Source of the DNA: Ferroglobus placidus DSM 10642
GTDB taxonomy: Archaea; Halobacteriota; Archaeoglobi; Archaeoglobales; Archaeoglobaceae
Direction of reading: 5' to 3'
DNA length: 32,000 bases
Assembly (NCBI RefSeq): GCF_000025505.1
Contig: NC_013849.1
Coordinates: forward strand, 1 to 32,000
Shown: positions 26,196 to 32,000 of the stretch, piece after piece
Layout: each line of letters opens with the position of its first letter
Position numbering within the stretch: the stretch's first letter is position 1
Position numbers and translations under genes: made by a program
The notes under the pieces: model-generated
Told to the model about the DNA's origin: nothing
The model's input: the letters and a program-made list of their open reading frames with translations, nothing else
The model's database searches: none

Positions 26196-29022
26196 ATACA
26201 AACCCGTAAGCCTGTTTTTAATAGTAGTACTGGTATCTACTATATTTTTGAGTGGGTGCGATGAGGATAGGAGAGAAGATAATACCGGTTTGAAATTTGC
26301 TAAAGATAAAATTTTTGAGGAGACAATTAATGCTGAAGAAACAAGAGAAATTGATTTTGGTGATGGAAAGGTAGTAATTCCCTTTGGTGCTTTTGAAGGA
26401 AACCAAACTATAACGATCTCAAAGTTAACTGAGTTCCCATCGCCAGTAGATGCTGAAATTATCAAGGCTTACAGTGTGGAAATAGGAGATATTCACAAAT
26501 TGATGGGGTTCATTGAAATAAGGCTGAAAAATGATGGCAACAACGACAATCTCGTGGCTTTAACATACAACGAATCGTCCCAAGAGTGGGAGAGCATATT
26601 GTACCATTTGGAGGGAGAGGAGGTAGTAATTTACACGAATCATTTATCTCATTTTGCATTGGCGAGTGTTGAGGAATCCGTTGCAAAACCTAACGCGAAG
26701 ATTAAATATGTAAGGTGGCCGTCCATCTCCATAGACGAAAATACAGCTATAAAAGTTCTTGAAGAGTATATTGACAATAACTACCAGCCAGGTCCTAATG
26801 CTTACAGAGTTGGGTGGGACGCTGCAGTAGAAGCGTTAGGAGTGGAATCCCAGTATCTAACTATTGCTCAGCACGGTTATGGAATTCAGTCGGTGGAGAG
26901 AATTAACAACTGGATAGCTTACACTGGTGTCGGTATAACAGTTGCACAGCTCATGATTGATCTAAATTCTGGTGACACCACCGGAGCAGGATTGAACTTC
27001 ATGAAGAATGCCATCTACAACTATGTCAGCCTATACGGTTCACCACTTCTCCAGCTTACTTTCGTAGGTGTTTTCTGCATTGACTATTCGATAACGAAGT
27101 TTCAGAGTGAAATCTTATCCACTGAAGAGGAAATTTGGAAAAAACTGCAGAATGCGTACTACAGAAAGTATGGACGAAGTGCAAAGGACTGGTACTACAT
27201 TTTTTACGAGATTTGTAAGGATTCCACTAATGCCATAGAAGCAAAAGAAAAGATAGATAAAGAAATAGACCGCTATGTCAACGAATTTTGGGATTTTGTT
27301 AACGGGAAAGACAAGAACGGATATAGCTACGAAGATTTAGTCATGGACGTTTACGGGAAGAAACTTAAGGAAAAGGGTGAAGCTTCAATACTTGAGCAGA
27401 TACCTCATGTAAACGTTAAAATGAAGCTTAAAGAAAATCATAAAGCTGAGCTTATCTATTCCCTACAGCCCGTCTTTTATAAATTAAGCAAAGATTTAAC
27501 ACTTGAACAGGAAGAGAAGGTATTCCAAACACTCAAGAAAATCGCTAAGGAGCTTAATAAGGAGTACAAAATAAAGGTGAAAGTTAACGGTCCGAGCAAC
27601 GTTATTTCCGGTTTGAAAGTATACATTCCCGTAGCAAGGAATCAAGGGCTCTGGACGTGGGAAACCAACGAAAATGGGGAATGTTACATAACCCTTACAA
27701 TGTACGGCTATGCAAAGGCTCAGGCAGCCAATAAAATTGTTCTGGTGCTTAACAACGGAGAGACGATGGAGAAGGAATTCAAAATAACTTCCAGAACCAC
27801 TGAAGTTACCTTCGACCTTGGAGGAAGCTTGGATGTGAGCGTGGAGCCCAAGCAGGTGAGCATTGGAGACACATTTACAGTCACCGTAAAAATTGACCCG
27901 CCAACATCTACAGAGCTTCACATAAAAATGTACAACCCCTCCACAGGATATGGAAGCAGAAGTGAACCAACAGTAGTTAAAACAGACGAGAACGGAATCT
28001 GGAAGGGCACCTTCAAAGTTCCCGCCAAAGACATCGACAAAAAGGTTGGTGAAAATGTAGTGGAGGCTTATGCACCTGAGCTCGACAGCAAAGGTTCAGA
28101 CACATTTGTAATAGAGAAGCCAGAAATTTCGGTTACCGCTTCCCCCTCAACAGTCACCCCCGGTGAAAAAGTGGTTATAAAGGCTAAGGTCTCACCTCCG
28201 GGAGTTTACAACGCAAGATTGACAGTAATGAACGCTAATTCTGGAGCATCAAAGACGTTTGAAAAGAAAACCGACAGTAACGGAAATCTCGTTTTCAGGC
28301 TGAGCGTCACTGAAAAGAATCTTGAAAGCAAACTGGGAAAGAATGTCGTAACGGTGGATATACCAGAGCTCGGCATTTATGGTAGTGCGGATTTCTATAT
28401 CGAGAGTGGTGAGGTTGTGCCGACTGAGACACCAGCTGTAACTCCAGAAATACCGCAATGTTCGGAGAACGAGGAACTTACCTATATAGAAGGAATTGGC
28501 TGGTTTTGCGTTCCTTTGGAAACTACTATTACTCCAACACCCACACCTACAGAAACGCCTTCTGAAAGTCCATTTGATCCAAACAAAAAATATAGGGCCG
28601 GTTATATATTTAGGATAGAGCTCGTTGATGGGAGAATATACGATGCTCCCTTTAACACTATGGATTATGGCGACCGGATATCTGGCGGTGGCACCTACCA
28701 TGTAAAATATACAAATGATATCATGTGGGCAATCCAGTACGCAGAACTAACAATTACCTTCGATGAAAACTATAGAATCACATCTTTGCATTCATGGTAT
28801 AAACTAGTTGACAAAGAGGGGAGGTTACGTGAAGAGACAACATTATCGTGTAGTGACCTTAAGTTGGAACCTCCTGTGATAGGTGAAAAATATCCTGATC
28901 ATGTAGGATATGGGGGCGGAGGTGATGCGGTGTCTTCATGCGTATTAACTACAACGGAGAGTGAACTGCAGATGAAAAGACCAGTCCAACTATACATTCA
29001 GTTTGATAAGATAGGAGAATAA
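26182..29022 (+). CDS. Very large secreted lipoprotein: ZU5-like region, helical region, Ig-like domains, Thr/Pro linker, C-terminal beta domain
   Basis: MEIGRYKPVSLFLIVVLVSTIFLSGCDED (lipobox LSGC); IDFGDGKVVIPFGAFEGNQTITISKL; SLDVSVEPKQVSIGDTFTVTVKIDPP and ISVTASPSTVTPGEKVVIKAKVSPP Ig-like repeats; TETPAVTPEIP and TTITPTPTPTETPSESP linkers. ATG 26182 is more likely than the track start 26134, which lies inside the GD-repeat region. Confidence 0.82.
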   Translation: MEIGRYKPVSLFLIVVLVSTIFLSGCDEDRREDNTGLKFAKDKIFEETINAEETREIDFGDGKVVIPFGAFEGNQTITISKLTEFPSPVDAEIIKAYSVEIGDIHKLMGFIEIRLKNDGNNDNLVALTYNESSQEWESILYHLEGEEVVIYTNHLSHFALASVEESVAKPNAKIKYVRWPSISIDENTAIKVLEEYIDNNYQPGPNAYRVGWDAAVEALGVESQYLTIAQHGYGIQSVERINNWIAYTGVGITVAQLMIDLNSGDTTGAGLNFMKNAIYNYVSLYGSPLLQLTFVGVFCIDYSITKFQSEILSTEEEIWKKLQNAYYRKYGRSAKDWYYIFYEICKDSTNAIEAKEKIDKEIDRYVNEFWDFVNGKDKNGYSYEDLVMDVYGKKLKEKGEASILEQIPHVNVKMKLKENHKAELIYSLQPVFYKLSKDLTLEQEEKVFQTLKKIAKELNKEYKIKVKVNGPSNVISGLKVYIPVARNQGLWTWETNENGECYITLTMYGYAKAQAANKIVLVLNNGETMEKEFKITSRTTEVTFDLGGSLDVSVEPKQVSIGDTFTVTVKIDPPTSTELHIKMYNPSTGYGSRSEPTVVKTDENGIWKGTFKVPAKDIDKKVGENVVEAYAPELDSKGSDTFVIEKPEISVTASPSTVTPGEKVVIKAKVSPPGVYNARLTVMNANSGASKTFEKKTDSNGNLVFRLSVTEKNLESKLGKNVVTVDIPELGIYGSADFYIESGEVVPTETPAVTPEIPQCSENEELTYIEGIGWFCVPLETTITPTPTPTETPSESPFDPNKKYRAGYIFRIELVDGRIYDAPFNTMDYGDRISGGGTYHVKYTNDIMWAIQYAELTITFDENYRITSLHSWYKLVDKEGRLREETTLSCSDLKLEPPVIGEKYPDHVGYGGGGDAVSSCVLTTTESELQMKRPVQLYIQFDKIGE

Positions 29023-29056
29023 AATTGAGGTGATAGGCAGATCGGAGGAATTAAAT

Positions 29057-29392
29057 GTGAAGAAGCAAAAACTAAAATTCTACCGCCAGAAAGAAGGAAA
29101 AGAGGAGATAATTGAAGGCTACCCCATAGACTTAAACACAGCAATCAATGCAGTGAAAAACCTGCGGTTATCTCCTAAAGAAGTGGAAATCCCGGAAATG
29201 ATTGGTTTCATGCGTGAAAGGGCTTTCATCGAGTTTACGAAGCTTACTGATGGCTATCAGGTCAGATACGAGAATCCTGACACAAACCAGTATCTAATCG
29301 GAGAGCTGAGCGAAAAAGAAGCTATCGACTGCCTTGAAGATTTTTTCGAAGGCAGAGATATGAGGTGGGAAAGCAGGCTGGAAAGATACTGA
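29057..29392 (+). CDS. Small cytosolic hypothetical protein, possible domain shared with the zinc-ribbon protein
   Basis: GTG at 29057 preceded by GGAGGA. Sequence FYRQKEGKEEIIEGYPIDLNTAINAVKNLRLS...AFIEFTKLTDGYQVRYENPDTNQYLIGELSEKEAIDCLEDFFEG. Confidence 0.65.
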   Translation: MKKQKLKFYRQKEGKEEIIEGYPIDLNTAINAVKNLRLSPKEVEIPEMIGFMRERAFIEFTKLTDGYQVRYENPDTNQYLIGELSEKEAIDCLEDFFEGRDMRWESRLERY

Positions 29393-29395
29393 GGT

Positions 29396-30211
29396 GTGAA
29401 AATGACCTCATGGAAAAAGGCGGTGCTGATATCTCTGGGAGCAATTCTGCTGATTTCTTTCATTCTCGGCTCGTATCTCTATAATGGTATTATAGAGCGA
29501 CCGATTGTGAGCGAACTGCCTGGAGCTATTACAAAAGTTGCGACGGTAAACGAATCCTCTCCTTATTATGTGGGGGTGGAAATCAAGCCCGATGTAATTG
29601 AAATGGACGTGAATGAAACGGAGACTGTAAATATTAACATTTTAAACGCTGAGAACGTTCACGAACTTCTACTGTATCTCGCTTACAATGACAGATACAT
29701 AGAGATCGTTAGCATCTCTTCCGATTACGGGTTGAATTTCTCAAAGAGCTGGGCTTACGACCACTACGCACTGCCGTTAATTAAGATAGAAGGTAAGCTT
29801 GATGGAGTCAACAATACAACTCTTGCTAAGATTACCTTTAGAAGTACCAGCGACGGAAAAACAGCCCTTTCATTTTTCAATGGAGAGTTATACGATGCCG
29901 AAGGGAGAAAGCTGAACCACATACTTCACAGTGCTGAAATCATCATCGGAAATCCAGAACTTAGTGAGGAGTCAAAAAGTTTCGACCCCATAAACTTTGC
30001 GATGGTAACTTTCGGATACGTAACCCTTCCGCTTGCGATAATCTATGGTTTGGTGTTCGCAATAGTCTTTGCGATCGGAAAGGTGATTTTAAGAATAAAA
30101 AAGAGCGATAGGGGGATAATTTACTACTGCATAGCAATAAGCTTACTTCTTTCTTTGATAGCTTATCTTACAATCCTGATCGGACTTTACAGTCTGCTTG
30201 TTGGGGGATAG
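29396..30211 (+). CDS. Membrane-anchored cohesin-like domain protein with C-terminal TM segments
   Basis: N-terminal TM KKAVLISLGAILLISFILGSYLY; cohesin-like VGVEIKPDVIEMDVNETETVNINILNAENVHELLLYLAYNDRYIEIVSISSDYG...TTLAKITFRSTSDGKTALSFFNGELYDAEGR; C-terminal TMs FAMVTFGYVTLPLAIIYGLVFAIVFAIG and YYCIAISLLLSLIAYLTILIGLYSLL. Confidence 0.72.
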   Translation: MKMTSWKKAVLISLGAILLISFILGSYLYNGIIERPIVSELPGAITKVATVNESSPYYVGVEIKPDVIEMDVNETETVNINILNAENVHELLLYLAYNDRYIEIVSISSDYGLNFSKSWAYDHYALPLIKIEGKLDGVNNTTLAKITFRSTSDGKTALSFFNGELYDAEGRKLNHILHSAEIIIGNPELSEESKSFDPINFAMVTFGYVTLPLAIIYGLVFAIVFAIGKVILRIKKSDRGIIYYCIAISLLLSLIAYLTILIGLYSLLVGG

Positions 30212-30212
30212 A

Positions 30213-31139
30213 ATGATCGAGCTGTGGCGAGATGATCTGATTTACTGGGTTAAGGATGTTGTTATTTCAGAGAAAGGTGTTGTAGCTCTATCACACGGTG
30301 CAGTTTACTACTACAATCACGAAGGTGAGCTTTGCTGGGAGGAAGATATAGATGCAACTTCAATCTCACCACACGGCGATGGGATGATTGCTGGATGCGA
30401 GGATGGGGAGGTATACTGTTTTGATAATGGTGGAAAAGAGCTCTGGAGATGTGATGTTGGAGAAAAAATTAAGAAAGTCTGTTCTGCAAGCTCTATAACC
30501 TGTGCTGCAACTTCAAAGGGGAAAATAATCATTATTAAAAAAGGAAAAATATTGTGGGAATACAAGGCAGGAAGGAAAATTGATGATGTTGCCATTTTCC
30601 CTGAGCTGTATGCTGCTGTGATAGCAAAAGACCTCATTACTGGCAGAGTCTTGTTATTTGATGTTTCCGGCAGGATTCTCTGGAATTCAAAAATAAATAC
30701 TCATATCGGAGAAGCTTCCTTAGACATCTCTTCAAGATTGATTGTAGTGGGAACTCTGCAAGGAGTCTATCTGTTTGAGAAAAATGGGGATAGAGTATGG
30801 AGAAATGCCCTGAGCGGGATCAGAAGTGTAGCAATAACCTCTGACGGAAAATATATTGCAGCGGGAGCCGTTGATGGCAAAGCTTATCTCCTAAGCTATA
30901 GGGGAAAAATCGTTTGGAAAAAAGTACTCTCTAGTGCCGTGAGAAAAGTTCTGGTAACTGATGAGGGAAACTATGTATGTAATGACGGGAAAGGTCTCCG
31001 TATTTTCAATCCTCAGGGAGCACTGATATGGAAATTCGAGGGAGATGTTAGCGCTTTTGACATAACCCCTGACCTCTCGAAAATCGTCATTGGCAAAGAA
31101 GATGGTCAACTTATTTTGTTTGGATGGGATGGCAAATGA
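30213..31139 (+). CDS. Cytosolic PQQ/WD-like beta-propeller repeat protein
   Basis: Seven G-x(1-3)-W strand motifs (GELCW, GKELW, GKILW, GRILW, GDRVW, GKIVW, GALIW) each followed by a repeat unit. No signal peptide or TM. ATG 30213 follows GGGGGAT. Confidence 0.82.
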   Translation: MIELWRDDLIYWVKDVVISEKGVVALSHGAVYYYNHEGELCWEEDIDATSISPHGDGMIAGCEDGEVYCFDNGGKELWRCDVGEKIKKVCSASSITCAATSKGKIIIIKKGKILWEYKAGRKIDDVAIFPELYAAVIAKDLITGRVLLFDVSGRILWNSKINTHIGEASLDISSRLIVVGTLQGVYLFEKNGDRVWRNALSGIRSVAITSDGKYIAAGAVDGKAYLLSYRGKIVWKKVLSSAVRKVLVTDEGNYVCNDGKGLRIFNPQGALIWKFEGDVSAFDITPDLSKIVIGKEDGQLILFGWDGK

Positions 31140-31879
31140 TGACTAAAATGAACATAACTATACTTGCAATACTGTTTCTCTTTGTTTTTCCAGCAACCGC
31201 TTTACCCGAGATAAACTTCAACAAAATTCTTTATTTCGATAGCGTAGGTGAAAGCGAGACCCTGAACATCTCTCTCCTGAATGGCTCACCTCTCAGCGAG
31301 CTGACCATCACATTGTATTACAAGAAGGGAATAGAATTAACAAACATAACCTCTGCCTATCCAATCCTGAAAAAGGAATTAAACGAGGAAAATGGAAAAT
31401 TTCACCTCTTCTTAAACTTTCTTACGAAAAACCTCACGGACAACGAAACGGTCATTGCTTCAATTGAAATCAAAGCACTTTCTAAAGGATATTTTCCCAT
31501 GAAGATTGAGGCGTCTGGGCGCTATGAAAACGGGACAACCGTTGACGTTCTCGAAAGGTATTATAGTGTAGAGGTAATATCGGGAGAAGAGAATATCCCC
31601 GAAGCTCAGACTGTAGTGGGTCCTTTATTGATGTTTATGGTGATATTCGGTATGGTCGTTAGTATAGCGATAGTTGCCGGAGTGTTAACACTGCCGATTC
31701 TTATCGTTTACGCTGTCTTGAAAGCAAAAGGAAGAAATATCGATGTTAGATACCTCATCATTGCTTTTGTGTTTGTTCTGCTCTTGGCCTTTACGATGAT
31801 ATTTTGGGGTGTTGTGTATGGGCAAGCTGAAGTTCTTTCTGGCAGCAGTAATTTTGCTTGCTCTGTGTGGGTGTATTGA
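31139..31879 (+). CDS. Second secreted/membrane cohesin-like protein with C-terminal TM pair
   Basis: Signal peptide MNITILAILFLFVFPATALPEI; beta-rich VGESETLNISLLNGSPLSELTITLYYKKGIELTNITSAYP...TVIASIEIKALSKGYFPMKIEASG; TMs LLMFMVIFGMVVSIAIVAGVLTLPILIVYAV and YLIIAFVFVLLLAFTMIFWGVVYG. Start at 31136 or 31139, overlapping the previous stop. Confidence 0.7.
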   Translation: MTKMNITILAILFLFVFPATALPEINFNKILYFDSVGESETLNISLLNGSPLSELTITLYYKKGIELTNITSAYPILKKELNEENGKFHLFLNFLTKNLTDNETVIASIEIKALSKGYFPMKIEASGRYENGTTVDVLERYYSVEVISGEENIPEAQTVVGPLLMFMVIFGMVVSIAIVAGVLTLPILIVYAVLKAKGRNIDVRYLIIAFVFVLLLAFTMIFWGVVYGQAEVLSGSSNFACSVWVY

Positions 31880-32000
31880 GGAGAAGCAATCTGCAACCCA
31901 TGTGAATTTCGAACTGATATCGGTAATGAAAGATAACTCCACTTACAAAGCGGTTGTATTTATCAAATCAATTGAGCGTAATAAATCCATTCCTGTTTCA
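31818..32000 (+). CDS. N-terminus of a second lipoprotein, truncated by the window end (not in ORF track)
   Basis: ATG 31818 opens MGKLKFFLAAVILLALCGCIEEKQSATHVNFELISVMKDNSTYKAVVFIKSIERNKSIPVS..., 61 codons with no stop to the window edge. Basic N-terminus, hydrophobic core and LCGC lipobox-like site. Confidence 0.8.
   Translation, partial: MGKLKFFLAAVILLALCGCIEEKQSATHVNFELISVMKDNSTYKAVVFIKSIERNKSIPVS

Noticed and set aside
26103-26465. Minus-strand 120-aa ORF over the GD-repeat and lipoprotein start
   Set aside because: Ile/Ser-rich translation of the microrepeat complement; no support as a gene.
27496-28701. Minus-strand ORFs 27496-27921 and 28249-28701 inside the giant lipoprotein gene
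   Set aside because: Antisense shadow frames with Cys/His/Arg-rich composition; the plus-strand frame has signal peptide, Ig-like and linker features.
1-32000. CRISPR array, cas genes, transposase or integrase genes
   Set aside because: No regularly spaced repeat array and no transposase, integrase or Cas motifs were seen in any supplied ORF.

Overview
This 32 kb archaeal chromosomal segment looks like Archaeoglobales (Archaeoglobus/Ferroglobus/Geoglobus type). That placement is inferred from protein content, not from a database search. The left 25 kb is mostly dense housekeeping sequence: Orc1/Cdc6; cofG-cofH followed by a degenerate YyaL/DUF255-like protein and archaeal GHMP-type shikimate kinase; a MacB/LolD-like ABC module with a secreted beta-domain protein; tRNA-Val(TAC); RNase P component 4; a fused siroheme decarboxylase (AhbA/B-like) with a siroheme synthase; a thioesterase followed by three consecutive U32-type proteins; an unusual radical SAM protein; a RelBE-like toxin-antitoxin pair next to a frameshifted DUF2283 gene and an antitoxin-like remnant; tRNA-Gly(CCC); an MFS transporter; ATP-dependent DNA ligase; and the conserved ftsY/pfdA/LX/eIF6/L31e/L39e/PDCD5/S19e run. 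L39e is absent from the supplied ORF track. The most interesting region is ~25.1-32.0 kb. It is a tightly packed same-strand array of at least seven genes: a zinc-ribbon/winged-helix protein with a Gly-Asp repeat tail; a very large lipoprotein with ZU5-like and Ig-like domains; a small cytosolic protein possibly sharing a domain with the first; two membrane proteins with the same cohesin-like ectodomain plus C-terminal TM architecture; a seven-motif PQQ/WD-like cytosolic beta-propeller; and an unannotated second lipoprotein running off the window. I propose this as a candidate undescribed cell-surface system. All functional statements for it are inference.
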